42,120 nucleotides of DNA from Pirellulales bacterium (GCA_040880915.1 JBBEEF010000041.1:1-42120), one strand, 5' to 3'. Counted from the stretch's first letter, positions 1-10,732 are shown. Notes: generated by a model not told the origin, from the sequence alone. Translations and numbers: made by a program.

Positions 1-974
1 TGGACGTGGTAGACGACGTCGTTGGCGTATTCCTGGAGGCTGTAGTTGACGCTCGACTCGAAGTTCGTCTGCGAGCCATCGTAGTCGACGCCCAGCCCGC
101 CCCCGACGTCGAGATACCGCAGGCCCGCGCCCCGCTTAACCAGCTCCGTGTAAATCCGCGACGCCTCATTGAGGGCGGTCTTGATGTGCCGGATGTTCGT
201 GATCTGGCTTCCCTGATGGAAGTGGAGCAGTTGGAGGCAGTCCTCCATGCCCCGCTCGGCGAGCAGTTCGAGTCCCTTGACCAATTCACTGGCTGTGAGC
301 CCGAACTTGCTGCGAAATCCCCCCGACGACTGCCAGCGGCCGCTGCCCCGGGCCGCGAGCTTGACCCGCATCCCGATCCGGGGCCGCACACCCACCTTCT
401 CCGCATAGTCGAGGATCAGTGGGAGCTCTGAAAACCGCTCCACGACCGGGATGATCTGCCGCCCGATCTTCTGGGCCAGCATCGCCGTCTCGATGAACTC
501 GGCGTCTTTGAACCCGTTACAGATGATCGGGGTGTCGTTGTCGGCCAACGCGATCACCGCCATCAGTTCGGGCTTGCTGCCGGCCTCGAGCCCGAACTTA
601 AAGGGCCGGCCGAAGCGGAGCACCTCCTCCACGACCTGCCGCTGCTGGTTGACCTTGATCGGATACACACAGCAGTAGTCGCCGTGATACCCGCTCTCCT
701 TCATCGCCGTGGCAAAGGCGCCGTGAATCTCTCCCAACCGGTGCTCGAGAATTTCGGCAAACCGCAGCAGGATCGGCAGGTCGATCCCACGCACCTGGAG
801 GCGGTCGATCAACTGTTTGAGATCGATGCTCCGGGTGGGGTCCCGGTGGGGATGGACCAGCAGGTGGCCATTGGGGCCGACCGAGAAGTATCCGTTGCCC
901 CAGCGGGCCACCTCGTAGAGGTCGGCCGCATCGGCGGTGGTCCAGTGCTCGACGTCCAGATCGACGGCAGCCAT
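1..974 (-). CDS. speA: Biosynthetic arginine decarboxylase, N-terminal portion (gene runs off the left edge)
   Basis: Hand translation of the minus strand from ATG at 974..972 gives MAAVDLDVEHWTTADAADLYEVARWGNGYFSV...DYCCVYPIKVNQQRQVVEEV...YLDVGGGLGVDYDGSQT, the typical SpeA N-terminus and PLP-fold motifs. It is absent from the ORF track because it has no stop inside the window. The listed + ORF 6..431 is its antisense shadow. Confidence 0.85.
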   Translation of the reverse strand, partial: MAAVDLDVEHWTTADAADLYEVARWGNGYFSVGPNGHLLVHPHRDPTRSIDLKQLIDRLQVRGIDLPILLRFAEILEHRLGEIHGAFATAMKESGYHGDYCCVYPIKVNQQRQVVEEVLRFGRPFKFGLEAGSKPELMAVIALADNDTPIICNGFKDAEFIETAMLAQKIGRQIIPVVERFSELPLILDYAEKVGVRPRIGMRVKLAARGSGRWQSSGGFRSKFGLTASELVKGLELLAERGMEDCLQLLHFHQGSQITNIRHIKTALNEASRIYTELVKRGAGLRYLDVGGGLGVDYDGSQTNFESSVNYSLQEYANDVVYHV

Positions 975-1092
975 CGATGGCCCTCGGGGCGACACGGGGG
1001 AAATCCGCCATGTGACGAAAGTGTATCGCGGACAAACCGGCTGACCATGCCAAATCTGGCCCCTCGCCCGCTGCCCGTCACCACTGGGGTGC

Positions 1093-2508
1093 TCAGACGG
1101 CGACCCGCGACCAGGCGGCGCGGCGAAAAATCACGAGCATCGCCAGGCCGCGGGCCGCGAGGTCAGCGGCCATCGCCAGCCAGGCGCCGTACACGCCCAG
1201 ACCCCAGCCGGCGACCGAGCCCCAGCCCCCCGGCAGTTCGATCATCGGCCAGGCCAGCCAGACCGCCAGCGGCAGCCTGATCGCGATCAATCCGGCGAAG
1301 TTGACGAGGAGCGGGGGCCGCGTGGCCCCGGCCCCGCGCAGGCCGCCCGAAAGCACCATCAGCAGGGCCAGCGGGGGCTGGACAAAGGCCACGATCCGCA
1401 CGAGCGACGCGGCCAACGCTGCCACCTCGGGCTGGCGGCCCGCCCCGCCGGTGAACCAGGCGGCGAGAGGGTCGGCCACGAGCAGGAATCCCAGGCCGGC
1501 GAGGGTCATGAATGCGGCCGCGATCACCGCCGCCAGCCCGACACTTCGGCGGGCTCGCCGCTCGTCCCCCGCCCCGAGGAACTGACCGGCCAGGGTCGCC
1601 GCCGCCACGCCGAAGGCGCTGCCCGGGAGGAAGGCGAGCGATTCGATGGTGATGGCCACGGCGTGGGCAGCGGCGTCAAGATCGCCCAGCCGGTTCACAA
1701 TGCCGAGAAACGTCAGGTGACAAGCCGCGTTGCCCACCGCATCGGTGCCGGCCGGACCTCCCACCCGCGCGATCCGTCGCAACATGTCGGCCCGGGGTCG
1801 CCAGTCGCTCGGGCTGGGCCGCAGGCCGCGACCGCGGCGGGCCAAAAGCAGAATCACACAGCCCGTCCCGCAGGCGTAACCGGCCACCGTGCCCCAGGCG
1901 AGGCCTTCCCATCCCAGCCGTGGCAGTCCCAGCCCGCCGGTCGCGAGCAGGAAACTTGCCGACGCGTTGACCAGATTGACCACCGACATCGCCACGAGTC
2001 CCGCCACCATGTCGCCGGCTCCCCGGAGGACGGCGACGCCGACGAGATTCACCGCCACCAGCGGCAGTGCCGGCAGCACGATCTCCAGGTAGCGGATTGC
2101 CAGCGAACTACTGCCCGCCGGAAGGCCGAGCAGTTCCACAAACCAGCTGCCCCCGACGGCCGCCAGAGCGAGCGAGGCGGCCACGAGCACGGCAGCCACC
2201 AGCATGCAGTGGGTCACCGCCCGCCGGACGGCAGGGAGATCACCTCCTCCGACGCCGCGGGCCACGAGCGCGGTGGCGGCGGCGGCCGGCATCACGAACA
2301 AAACCGGCATGAATACCAGGCAGTAGGCCACCATCCCGATCGCCGCCAGCGGCTCGGTCTCCGTGAAGAGGTTGCCGGCCAGCCACTTGTCCACGAATCC
2401 GACGGCGAGCGCGAGAAACTGTTCGAGCAGCACCGGCCCAACCAGGATCGCCAGCGGCCAAACGATGCCAGGCAGGCCGGTGATTCCGCTGCCTTCCGAG
2501 TTCGCCAC
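1093..2508 (-). CDS. MATE family efflux transporter
   Basis: 471-aa, almost entirely hydrophobic multi-pass protein. The N-terminal PVLLEQFLALAVGFVDKWLAG is MATE/NorM-like. GTG start. Confidence 0.75.
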   Translation of the reverse strand: MANSEGSGITGLPGIVWPLAILVGPVLLEQFLALAVGFVDKWLAGNLFTETEPLAAIGMVAYCLVFMPVLFVMPAAAATALVARGVGGGDLPAVRRAVTHCMLVAAVLVAASLALAAVGGSWFVELLGLPAGSSSLAIRYLEIVLPALPLVAVNLVGVAVLRGAGDMVAGLVAMSVVNLVNASASFLLATGGLGLPRLGWEGLAWGTVAGYACGTGCVILLLARRGRGLRPSPSDWRPRADMLRRIARVGGPAGTDAVGNAACHLTFLGIVNRLGDLDAAAHAVAITIESLAFLPGSAFGVAAATLAGQFLGAGDERRARRSVGLAAVIAAAFMTLAGLGFLLVADPLAAWFTGGAGRQPEVAALAASLVRIVAFVQPPLALLMVLSGGLRGAGATRPPLLVNFAGLIAIRLPLAVWLAWPMIELPGGWGSVAGWGLGVYGAWLAMAADLAARGLAMLVIFRRAAWSRVAV

Positions 2509-2531
2509 CAGCTCCGCTGCCCGGATCTTGC

Positions 2532-3854
2532 TCAGGCGAACAGTTCCTTGATCACCTTGCCGGAGTTGGCGATCTTCATCGGCCGACCGTTCTTGGCCGT
2601 AAAGGTCGTCTCGAGCCCGATGCCAAGTGCCTTGAGGACGCTCGCCATCAGGTCCTCGGAGGTGTACGGCTCGGTGATGACCTCCTTGCCGTCGGAGCTT
2701 GTCTCTCCCACGACCACACCACGCTTGAAGCCGCCGCCGCCCACCACCACGCTCCAGCTCCGGGCCCAGTGGTCACGCCCGGCACCGCCGTTGATATTCG
2801 GCGTCCGGCTGAACTCACCCATCCACATCACGACCGTGTCGTCGAGCATCCCGCGGTCGGCGAGGTCACTCACCAGGGCGCTCATCGCCTGATCCACTTC
2901 GGGAAGCTTCTGGTCGGCAAGCGTCGGGAAAATGCCGCTGTGGTTGTCCCAGCCACCGAGATCGACCTCGACGAAGGGCACGCCCATCTCCACCAGCCGA
3001 CGGGCCATCAGGCAGCCTCGCCCGAAGCCGGTGGTGCCATACTTTTCGCGAACCTCAGCCGGCTCCTCCCCGATCTTGAAGGCCTTCATCTGGGCGCTCG
3101 TCATGAGCTTCACGGTCTTATCGATCACCTTCATGTGGTCGTCGGCCGCGCCTCCGCGGCCCTCGCCGATAAACTTCTTTTCGACCGTGGCCAGCATTTC
3201 GAGCCGCTGCGAAAGCCTCGCCCGATCGATGCCCATGTCGAGATTGCGGACATTGCCGTTGGAATCGACGACGAACGGTGCCCACGTCATGCCCAGGAAG
3301 CCTGGCCCTACGCTGCCGCCCCCCACCGACACGAACGGCGGAATCTCGAGGTGCGGAACCTGATCAATGAGTTCGTGGGCGATCACCGCCCCGTAACTGG
3401 GATACTCGACGTTCGGGTTGGGGACGTAGCCGGTGTGCATGTAGTACCGGCCACGCATGTGGTCGGCTTCACGGGTGCTCATCGACCGCACGATCGCCAT
3501 GTGATGCATCTGCTTGGCCATGAGCGGCATGTGTTCGCAGATCTGGACGCCGTCGGCAGTCGTCGCGATCGGTCGGAATTGGCCGCCCGTCGGAGCGCCC
3601 GGCTTGAGATCCCACATGTCGATTGTGCTGGGGCCGCCTCCCATCCAGAGGAGGATCGCTGCCTTGTGCCGCTTCCGCATGTCGCCGGACTGCGCCAGGA
3701 TGGTGTTGGTGAAAGCCGTGGCCGGCGCCGCCAGCGCGGAGGCGCCCGCCAGGTGGCTCATGAAGTGGCGACGGCTCATACCCTCGGGCACATCGAGGAG
3801 CCGGGGGCCTCGGGCAGTGGGGAGAGAGAGCGGCGAGTGGAGCGAGGTAGACAT
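2532..3854 (-). CDS. DUF1501 domain protein (sulfatase/phosphatase-like fold) with Tat-type signal
   Basis: The ORF 2532..3905 contains twin-arginine SRRHFMSHLAGASALAAP, then LLWMGGGPSTIDMWDLKPG and GGWDNH...GRDHW, characteristic of DUF1501. I prefer ATG at 3854, which has AGGAG 8 nt upstream. Confidence 0.85.
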   Translation of the reverse strand: MSTSLHSPLSLPTARGPRLLDVPEGMSRRHFMSHLAGASALAAPATAFTNTILAQSGDMRKRHKAAILLWMGGGPSTIDMWDLKPGAPTGGQFRPIATTADGVQICEHMPLMAKQMHHMAIVRSMSTREADHMRGRYYMHTGYVPNPNVEYPSYGAVIAHELIDQVPHLEIPPFVSVGGGSVGPGFLGMTWAPFVVDSNGNVRNLDMGIDRARLSQRLEMLATVEKKFIGEGRGGAADDHMKVIDKTVKLMTSAQMKAFKIGEEPAEVREKYGTTGFGRGCLMARRLVEMGVPFVEVDLGGWDNHSGIFPTLADQKLPEVDQAMSALVSDLADRGMLDDTVVMWMGEFSRTPNINGGAGRDHWARSWSVVVGGGGFKRGVVVGETSSDGKEVITEPYTSEDLMASVLKALGIGLETTFTAKNGRPMKIANSGKVIKELFA

Positions 3855-3991
3855 GGCGGAACTCCTACAAAGCGGGGTTGGGGCCTTGAGCCGTGTCGCG
3901 GCCAATAACTGATTCGCCGGGTCAAGTGTCTCTTATTCCCGGCCCGCTTGCCACTCCGGGGCCCGGCCAGGCTGGAGGAATAGCCCTGAGC

Positions 3992-5707
3992 CTAATGATT
4001 GATGATGAACTCATTGGAATTGAGCACCGCCCACCAGACGTCTTGAAGGGCGGCGGAGACGTCCCCCTTCCGGGCAGCGAGCAGGGCCGTCGCGACCTGC
4101 CGCTCCTTCGACGACGGCACTCGGGCCAGGGCCGCCAGATAGAGCGCGTCGATCTTGGCCGCGGGCGAGTCGGAACTCCGCGCGACCCGATCGAGGAAGC
4201 CTCCTTGGCCGGTGCTCGTGGCCTGCTTCATCAGCTCCCCGTTGAACATCATGAGAACCTGGGGAATCGAGCCGTTAAAGGTCGTGGAATCATCTCCCTC
4301 GTCTGTGCCGAAGGCGATGATGAACTGCGACAGCCACGTGTCCTTTGTTTTCGCCGCGTCCTCGCTGCGACTGGTCTTGTCGGCCTGCGTCGCGGTCAGG
4401 AGCGACTCATACAGCTGCTCGGCCTGCATCTGCCGCACATAGAAGTGGGTGAACTTCGGCCGCTCGCCCAGGGCAGGATCGTCGGCCTTGTTGGCCGCGG
4501 TCTTGCGACTCGACAGGGCGTAGGGCCGCGAGAGCACGATCCAGCGGGCCAGCTCCTTGAGATCGAAGCTGTTCTCACGGAACTGCTCGGCGAGCCCGTC
4601 GAGCAGTTCGGGGTGGGACGGCGAATTGTGGTCACCGAGGTCATCGACGGGCTTCGTGAAGCCGTACCCGAGAAACTGCCCCCACATCCGGTTCACGATC
4701 GCCTTCGTGAAGTAGGGGCTGCCCTTGATCAGCTGGGCGAGCTCCTTGCGACGATTCGCACCGTAGGAGTTCCCGTCCGACATCGTGCCGGGCAGATACC
4801 CACTCTTTGAAATCTCCGTGCCGTCGATGAAAACCGGGTACGCAACCTTCATGATGCCGTTGCGGAGCTCGTAGTAGAGTTCGGCTTCCTCCGGATTGCC
4901 CCCTTCACCGGCAAAATCCTCGTCGACGAGTTCGACCCACTGCACGTCATCACCGCCGCCCCGCTTCCGCAGCGCCCGTGTCTGCCGGAAAAACGCGTTC
5001 ATCTCCCAGAACTGGTTCTGCTTGCCTTTGTTGAACGGATGGTTGTGGCACTGCGTGCACTGGACCTGAAGACCGAGAAACACCTGGGCCGTCTTGGCCG
5101 TAGCCTGCACGCCGTTCTCGACACCCATGTCCTCCATCTTGCCGCTGAGGAAATTGGTGGCGCCGTTGAATCCGGACAGATCGTTGCGGTTGGCATTGAC
5201 CCCGGTCGCCGTCACCAGATCGTCCATGAACTTGTCGTAGGGCAGGTTCTTGGAGATGGCACGCCGGAGATACTGCCGCATTCCGGGACGGCTTACCCGC
5301 TCGTTCTCGACATCCCGACCGATAAGGACCGTGGTCCAGACGTCGGTAAAGTGCCGGGCGTATTCATCCACATACTCATCCCCCAGCAGGCGAGCCACGA
5401 GGTCAGCCTTCTTGGTGGGGGATGAATGAGTGAGGAAGGCCTGCAATTCCTTGACGGAGGGCACCCTGCCGATGAGATCGAGATGGACACGGCGACACCA
5501 CTCGCCGTCGGCCGCGGGAGCCGACGGCTGCAGGCCGGCATCGGCCCAGACGGAGGCAATCTGCTCGTTGATGAACTTGACCTGCGGGATGCCGAAATGC
5601 TCGTCGCCCGCCCCCTTGCCGGCAGGCGCCGCCGCCAGGGGGATGCCTCCGCAGAAAACCAGCACGAGCAAGGCCCGGGCAGCAGATACGCAGACGGGGC
5701 GACGCAT
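3992..5707 (-). CDS. DUF1549 (PSCyt2) / DUF1553 (PSD1) domain protein, secreted
   Basis: Signal peptide MRRPVCVSAARALLVLVFCGG. DUF1549-type DLIGRVPSVKELQAF. A CTQCHNHPF motif that contains CxxCH. C-terminal DUF1553-like region. ATG at 5707 has GGAG 8 nt upstream. Confidence 0.85.
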   Translation of the reverse strand: MRRPVCVSAARALLVLVFCGGIPLAAAPAGKGAGDEHFGIPQVKFINEQIASVWADAGLQPSAPAADGEWCRRVHLDLIGRVPSVKELQAFLTHSSPTKKADLVARLLGDEYVDEYARHFTDVWTTVLIGRDVENERVSRPGMRQYLRRAISKNLPYDKFMDDLVTATGVNANRNDLSGFNGATNFLSGKMEDMGVENGVQATAKTAQVFLGLQVQCTQCHNHPFNKGKQNQFWEMNAFFRQTRALRKRGGGDDVQWVELVDEDFAGEGGNPEEAELYYELRNGIMKVAYPVFIDGTEISKSGYLPGTMSDGNSYGANRRKELAQLIKGSPYFTKAIVNRMWGQFLGYGFTKPVDDLGDHNSPSHPELLDGLAEQFRENSFDLKELARWIVLSRPYALSSRKTAANKADDPALGERPKFTHFYVRQMQAEQLYESLLTATQADKTSRSEDAAKTKDTWLSQFIIAFGTDEGDDSTTFNGSIPQVLMMFNGELMKQATSTGQGGFLDRVARSSDSPAAKIDALYLAALARVPSSKERQVATALLAARKGDVSAALQDVWWAVLNSNEFIINH

Positions 5708-5808
5708 AGCAGACTCCGGAAAGGGGCGCACGGCCGGGGTGGAACATCCCCGGCAGCAGCATTCTATTCGGAATGCCCGTCCGGGCCTATTCCCAGTCGC
5801 GTTGTCGC

Positions 5809-6378
5809 CTAGGCCCGAGCCTTTTCCGACCTGGGCGACTGGGGCCGTCCTACGGACTCCCCGCCCACAAATTCGAGAATCGCCCGGTCGCCGGCGTCAC
5901 CCAGCCGGGGTGCCGCCAGCTTGAGGATCCGTGTGTAGCCACCGGGCCGATCGGCGAATCGAGGAGCGATCACCTCGAACAATAGCCGGGCCGCCTGCTT
6001 GTCGCCAAGCAACTGCACGGTCCGCCGGCGGGCCTTGACGACCGGAGCCATGGCCTGTGCCCAGGCCTGCCACTTCGGACCGGTTCGCCACTCCTTCCAC
6101 GCAGCCGAGCCCCGGTCTGCGGAGGTGGAGTGTTCGCCGGCCTTGGCCGACGCCGCGATCCCACGGCAGGCGATGGTGATGCACCGCTCTACGAGTGGTC
6201 GAACCTCTTTGGCCTTGGGCAGCGTCGTGATGATCCGCCCCTTCACCTTGGGAGCTCCCAGCTCACCCGGCTCGACCTCTCGCTCAGTGAGCATGAGGGC
6301 CGAGGCGAGGTTTCTCAGAAGCGCCCGTTGGTGGGACGGACTACGGCCGAGCACTCGGCCCTTGCGACGATGACGCAT
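5809..6378 (-). CDS. rplQ: 50S ribosomal protein L17 (long form, 189 aa)
   Basis: MRHRRKGRVLGRSPSHQRALLRNLASAL... and ...GGYTRILKLAPRLGDAGD-like C-terminal core. ATG at 6378 is preceded by GAGGAG. The 100 codons upstream in ORF 5809..6678 overlap rpoA and are rejected. Confidence 0.9.
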   Translation of the reverse strand: MRHRRKGRVLGRSPSHQRALLRNLASALMLTEREVEPGELGAPKVKGRIITTLPKAKEVRPLVERCITIACRGIAASAKAGEHSTSADRGSAAWKEWRTGPKWQAWAQAMAPVVKARRRTVQLLGDKQAARLLFEVIAPRFADRPGGYTRILKLAAPRLGDAGDRAILEFVGGESVGRPQSPRSEKARA

Positions 6379-6484
6379 GACAATCTCCTCTTCTGACGGG
6401 GCGCCCGATGGGCAGCTCCATGAATCAAGCCTCGGCGGCCGTGGCCGCCGCCGCCGCCCGCCGCAGCCCGATTTACTGGAGGTT

Positions 6485-7414
6485 TTACTCGATCTCCAGG
6501 AGCGTGGTCTCCCCGAAGTTCCGCACCTCGAGAAGTTCCTCTCGACTGCGGCCCACAAGTTCTCGCAGCGTGGCAATACCCTCCTCGTGGAGGCAGTTGG
6601 CCGCCCGGCCGGAAAGCCGCAGATCGGACACAAGCATTCCCAGCCGACTCTCGAGCGGAGCCTCGAGCGCGAACACATCAGAGGCAGCCGGCAGCGCGAC
6701 CGCCGGGCCCGGCTTGGTATAGCCGACGAATGGATTGAGGTGCTTTCGCAGAATCTTGGCCGCCTCGACTAGCGCCATCTCGGGCGTCACCGTCCCGTCG
6801 GTCCAGATCTCGAGGGTCAGCTTGTCGTAGTTGGTCTTCTGGCCAACACGCGTCTCCTCGACCTCGTACTTCACTCGGGTGACCGGACTGAAGACCGCAT
6901 CAAGCGGAATGATGCCGATCTCCTGGGAGGCCTGGCTCTGCTCGCTGGCGGGCACGTACCCGCGGCCATTCTCGACAACCATCTCCAACTCGAACGGAAC
7001 GTCGTCGGTAAGAGTCGCCAACACAAGGTCCTTGTTGACGATCTCCACCGCGTCGTCGGTCTGGATATCGGCCGCCGTCACGGGACCACGGGTGCTCTTC
7101 TCCACCCGGATCACCCTGGTGGAGTCGCTGTGATTCTTGACGATCAGGCTTTTGATCGCGAGCACGATGTCGGTAACGTCTTCTTGGACGCCCTTGATCG
7201 TGGTGAACTCGTGCAGCGAGCCGGCGAGCTTGATCTGCGTGACCGCACTGCCCTCCAGGCTCGAGAGCAGTACCCGCCGCAGGCTGTTGCCAACGGTCGT
7301 ACCGAACCCGCGCTCGAACGGCTCCGCCGTGAACTTGCCGTATGTACCGCTCAGCGTGCCATGATCGGCACTAACCGCACCAGGCAATTCCAGACCACGC
7401 CAACGGATATGCAT
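6485..7414 (-). CDS. rpoA: DNA-directed RNA polymerase alpha subunit
   Basis: 309 aa. [22 protein letters not shown], and a C-terminal domain with LSGRAANCL...NFGETTL. Canonical position between rpsD and rplQ. Confidence 0.95.
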   Translation of the reverse strand: MHIRWRGLELPGAVSADHGTLSGTYGKFTAEPFERGFGTTVGNSLRRVLLSSLEGSAVTQIKLAGSLHEFTTIKGVQEDVTDIVLAIKSLIVKNHSDSTRVIRVEKSTRGPVTAADIQTDDAVEIVNKDLVLATLTDDVPFELEMVVENGRGYVPASEQSQASQEIGIIPLDAVFSPVTRVKYEVEETRVGQKTNYDKLTLEIWTDGTVTPEMALVEAAKILRKHLNPFVGYTKPGPAVALPAASDVFALEAPLESRLGMLVSDLRLSGRAANCLHEEGIATLRELVGRSREELLEVRNFGETTLLEIE

Positions 7415-7433
7415 GCAATGCTCCTCCGAAAAA

Positions 7434-8060
7434 TCACTTCGAACACAACTCGATAATCAGATTGGTCTGCACGGGCAGCGACACGTCGTCGGCACCCGGG
7501 AGCCGGTCGATCCGGGCCTCGGGAATGCCGCCCTCAATCCGGGACAGGAAGTCGGGGACTTCCCGCCGGTTCTCGGCGATCGCCGCATGCACAAGCTGCA
7601 AACTCTTGACCCGGTTCTTGACCCGCACCAGATCGCCGGGCTTTACCAGGTAGCTGGGGATGTCGAGCCGCCGCCCATTGATCGTGATGTGTCCGTGCAT
7701 GACCATCTGCCGAGCAGCGGCCCGCGAGGCCGCGAAGCCGAGCCGGTGCACAATATTGTCGAGCCGTCGCTCCAGGAGCGCCATGAGCGACTCGCCGGTA
7801 TTTCCCTTGCCCCGGACCGCCCGGGCAAAATAGGTACGAAACTGCCGCTCGAGCACGCCGTAGTAGTGCTTGACCTTTTGCTTCTCCCGCAGCCGCAGGC
7901 CGTAGTCAGTCGGCTTCGGCCGCCGCTTCTGGATCACGCCCGGAGGCGTCGGCCGCCGCTCAAAGGCGCACTTGGGGGTGTCGCAGCGACTGCCCTTGAG
8001 AAAGAGCTTGAGGCCGTCGCGGCGGCAGAGTCGGCAAACAGGTCCGGTGATGCGTCCCAT
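7434..8060 (-). CDS. rpsD: 30S ribosomal protein S4
   Basis: [26 protein letters not shown]..., 208 aa, with a zinc-finger-type N-terminus. Confidence 0.95.
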   Translation of the reverse strand: MGRITGPVCRLCRRDGLKLFLKGSRCDTPKCAFERRPTPPGVIQKRRPKPTDYGLRLREKQKVKHYYGVLERQFRTYFARAVRGKGNTGESLMALLERRLDNIVHRLGFAASRAAARQMVMHGHITINGRRLDIPSYLVKPGDLVRVKNRVKSLQLVHAAIAENRREVPDFLSRIEGGIPEARIDRLPGADDVSLPVQTNLIIELCSK

Positions 8061-8101
8061 GGCGTAGAGAGTTGCTTGGTGCTCGAAGGAAAATGGCTGG
8101 A

Positions 8102-8479
8102 CTAGACGCGACGCTTTTTCGGGGGACGGCAGCCGTTGTGCGGCAGCGGGGTGATGTCTTCAATGCTCCGGACATTCATGCCGGCGGCCTGGAGCGCCGT
8201 GATGGCGCTCTCACGACCACTACCAGGACCCTTGACCCGAACTTCAAGGTCCTTCACCCCAAACTTGGCAGCCTTCTCGGCAGCCTGCTGGGCCGCCATC
8301 TGGCCGGCGAAGGGAGTGCCTTTGCGGCTCCCCTTGAAGCCGCACGTGCCACCGCTCGCCCAGCAGAGTGTGTCTCCGCGGGCGTCGGTGATCGTGACGG
8401 TCGTGTTGTTGAAGCTCGCGACGATGTAGGCAATGCCCGACGTCACGTTCTTCTTTTTGGTCTTTGCTGTTTTCGACAT
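8102..8479 (-). CDS. rpsK: 30S ribosomal protein S11
   Basis: [44 protein letters not shown]... Start trimmed to ATG 8479 inside ORF 8102..8551. Confidence 0.95.
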   Translation of the reverse strand: MSKTAKTKKKNVTSGIAYIVASFNNTTVTITDARGDTLCWASGGTCGFKGSRKGTPFAGQMAAQQAAEKAAKFGVKDLEVRVKGPGSGRESAITALQAAGMNVRSIEDITPLPHNGCRPPKKRRV

Positions 8480-8563
8480 TGCTGGAAAATTCCTGTGAAC
8501 TGTCGGCTTTGGGCGGGCAGGCCGGCCAGGCCCTGCGGGCCGGCCCCACACGACACCCGGCTG

Positions 8564-8947
8564 CTACTTCAGATCCTTGACGCCCTTCTTGCCGGCAACC
8601 GTCTTCTTCGGCCCCTTGCGGGTTCGTGCGTTGGTCCGGGTTCGCTGACCGCGGACCGGCAACCCACGGCGGTGCCGCAGGCCGCGGTAACTGGCGATGT
8701 CTTTGAGTCGCGAGACGTTTTGCGCCACCTGCCGACGCAGCTGCCCCTCGACCGTGTAATCCTTGTCGAGGAGTGCGGCCAGCCGGGCCAGTTCGTCCTC
8801 ATGCAGATCCCGAGCCCGCGAGAGCGGGTCTACGCCCGCCTTGTGGCAGAGTTCCCGAGCCACTCGTGCCCCAACCCCATAGAGGTATTGGAGTGAGTAG
8901 ACGGTCTTCTTCTCCGAGGGGATGTCGACACCCATCAAGCGCGGCAT
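8564..8947 (-). CDS. rpsM: 30S ribosomal protein S13
   Basis: MPRLMGVDIPSEKKTVYSLQYLYGVG..., 127 aa. Confidence 0.95.
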   Translation of the reverse strand: MPRLMGVDIPSEKKTVYSLQYLYGVGARVARELCHKAGVDPLSRARDLHEDELARLAALLDKDYTVEGQLRRQVAQNVSRLKDIASYRGLRHRRGLPVRGQRTRTNARTRKGPKKTVAGKKGVKDLK

Positions 8948-9005
8948 GGCATAGTCCTAGGCGAGGCGGCCGCCCCAATGAGTCCCCGGGAGATGAACAA
9001 CTTCC

Positions 9006-9119
9006 TCATCCCTGCCGCTGCTTGTGGCGGGGATCGGAGCAGACCACGAACACAACGCCTCGGCGCCGGACGATCTTGCACTTGTCGCACATGCGACGAA
9101 CGCTGGCGCGAACCTTCAT
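9006..9119 (-). CDS. rpmJ: 50S ribosomal protein L36 (Cys-containing, zinc form)
   Basis: Not in the ORF track because it is too short. Hand translation of the minus strand gives [37 protein letters not shown] followed by a stop. Confidence 0.9.
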   Translation of the reverse strand: MKVRASVRRMCDKCKIVRRRGVVFVVCSDPRHKQRQG

Positions 9120-9188
9120 GGCGACGAGCGTGACCGTGGCCGGCCACTCCTAGGAATCATGTACGGAACTGATCAGAGCGAGTCCCAG

Positions 9189-9218
9189 ATAATAGGTCGC
9201 CACGGGGTCGGTTCGCAA
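9189..9218 (-). promoter_or_regulatory. Candidate sigma70-type promoter for the rpmJ-rpsM-rpsK-rpsD-rpoA-rplQ unit
   Basis: The minus strand reads TTGCGA-N18-TATTAT in the 136-nt gap between map and rpmJ. A 12-bp palindrome GTGGCCGGCCAC (9134..9145) lies in the would-be leader. Confidence 0.35.
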
Positions 9219-9255
9219 GGGGGTGCTCGAAAACGCTGGTCTGGGGGCCTCCGCG

Positions 9256-10071
9256 TCAGGCGGCCGACCCAGCCGCCCCCACCACTTCCCCGGTCGCCGG
9301 GGGGGCCGTAAGCACCACCGGGCCGTTTTCCGTAATCGCCACGGTGTGCTCGAAATGGGCGCTCGGCCGGCCGTCGATCGTGGACTGCGTCCAGTGATCG
9401 GCGAGGCTACGGACCTTCTTCGACCCCATGTTCACCATCGGTTCGACCGCGATCACGAGTCCTGATTCCAGCTCGAAATCATGCTTCCGGCGGAACGCAG
9501 GCGTGCAGAAGTTTGGCACTTGCGGATCCTCGTGCATGCTCCGGCCGATGCCGTGCCCCACGAAGTTCTCGACGACCGTGAAGCCGTGATCCCGGACGTA
9601 GGCCGCCATCTCCGCCGCCACGTCGCTCCACCGATTACGCACCCCCATCAACTCGATCGCCAACGCCAGCACCCCGGAGGTGCAGTCGAGCAGTTTCTGC
9701 ACGTCCGGGGAGACCTCCCCGACCGCGTGCGTGAAGGCGGAGTCGCCGCACCAGCCGCCGACACTGCAGCCGGTATCGATGCTCACGACGTCGCCAATCT
9801 GCAACACCCGTGGTCCGGGAATCCCATGCACAACCTCGTCGTTGACGGAGATGCAGCACACGGCAGGGAATGGCACCTTCCCCGGCACACCCTTGAAGAG
9901 CGGCACCGCGTCATGCTCGATAAAAAACCTCTCCACTGCGGCGTCAATCTCCCCGGTCGTCACACCGGGCCGCACCAGGCCCCTTGCCACCTGATGGGCG
10001 CCCCAGACAACGAGGCCAGACCGCCTCATGAGCGAGATTTCTCGGGAAGATCGCAGATTCACCACGGGCAT
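9256..10071 (-). CDS. map: Type I methionine aminopeptidase
   Basis: [22 protein letters not shown]...[13 protein letters not shown]...DTG...[17 protein letters not shown]...IEPMV...HFEHTVAIT. Start trimmed to ATG 10071 inside ORF 9256..10302. Confidence 0.9.
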   Translation of the reverse strand: MPVVNLRSSREISLMRRSGLVVWGAHQVARGLVRPGVTTGEIDAAVERFFIEHDAVPLFKGVPGKVPFPAVCCISVNDEVVHGIPGPRVLQIGDVVSIDTGCSVGGWCGDSAFTHAVGEVSPDVQKLLDCTSGVLALAIELMGVRNRWSDVAAEMAAYVRDHGFTVVENFVGHGIGRSMHEDPQVPNFCTPAFRRKHDFELESGLVIAVEPMVNMGSKKVRSLADHWTQSTIDGRPSAHFEHTVAITENGPVVLTAPPATGEVVGAAGSAA

Positions 10072-10162
10072 GCCACCACGGACGAAGGACACCGAGCCGG
10101 TCCGAACAACCGGACCGCCCTGAAGTATATACGGCTCACTTCGGCCGTTGCACGCGGCGACT

Positions 10163-10732
10163 CTAGCGAAACCGTCGGCCGAATCGCTCGACCGCCTTCC
10201 GCACCCGACTGAAGATCTCGTCAGCCGTGCCGAGGCCATCGATCGATGCGAGCTTCCCCTGCCGGCTGTAATAGTCCAGCAGTGGAGCCGTCTGGATCTC
10301 AAAACTCATGATCCGCCTGGCAAACACCTCCGGGTCGTCGTCGGCCCGCTTGCGGGCGAGCATCCGCCGCACGAGTTCGTCCCGCGGCACGGCCAGCTCA
10401 ATGACGCCGTCGACGCTCATCGCCCGCCGTTCGAGCAGATCATCGAGAGTTTCGGCCTGGGGCAGCGTCCGCGGGAAGCCATCGAGCAGGCAGCCATCGC
10501 GGCAATCGGACTCGGAGATCCGCCGACTGATCATGCCGACAATGATCGGGTCCGGAACGAGTTGGCCGCTGGCCATGGCCTGGGCCGCCTCGAGTCCTGC
10601 CGGCGTCCCGGCCTTGGCCTCGGCCCTGAGCATCTCGCCGGTCGAGAGATGCGGCACCTTGAGCAACTCAACGAGCCGCTGGCACTGGGTTCCCTTGCCG
10701 GCGCCAGGGGGCCCGATGAGGATGATCCGCAT
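10163..10732 (-). CDS. adk: Adenylate kinase (short-LID form)
   Basis: [20 protein letters not shown]...[13 protein letters not shown]. 189 aa. Confidence 0.95.
   Translation of the reverse strand: MRIILIGPPGAGKGTQCQRLVELLKVPHLSTGEMLRAEAKAGTPAGLEAAQAMASGQLVPDPIIVGMISRRISESDCRDGCLLDGFPRTLPQAETLDDLLERRAMSVDGVIELAVPRDELVRRMLARKRADDDPEVFARRIMSFEIQTAPLLDYYSRQGKLASIDGLGTADEIFSRVRKAVERFGRRFR

Noticed and set aside
5734-5753. Hairpin CCGGGG-N8-CCCCGG after rplQ as an intrinsic terminator.
   Set aside because: The stem is only 6 bp with an 8-nt loop, there is no T-tract on the coding (minus) strand, and it lies at the start region of the next gene. This is not enough to call a terminator.
6379-6678. 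5' extensions of ORF-track entries beyond the conserved protein starts. Examples: L17 at 5809..6678, the TolC-like gene at 22354..24480, map at 9256..10302, L15, L6, S11, L4, L27 and ParA.
   Set aside because: The extensions overlap the upstream gene, have Arg/Pro-rich junk composition, and precede canonical N-termini that carry their own ATG, often with a GGAG-type site.
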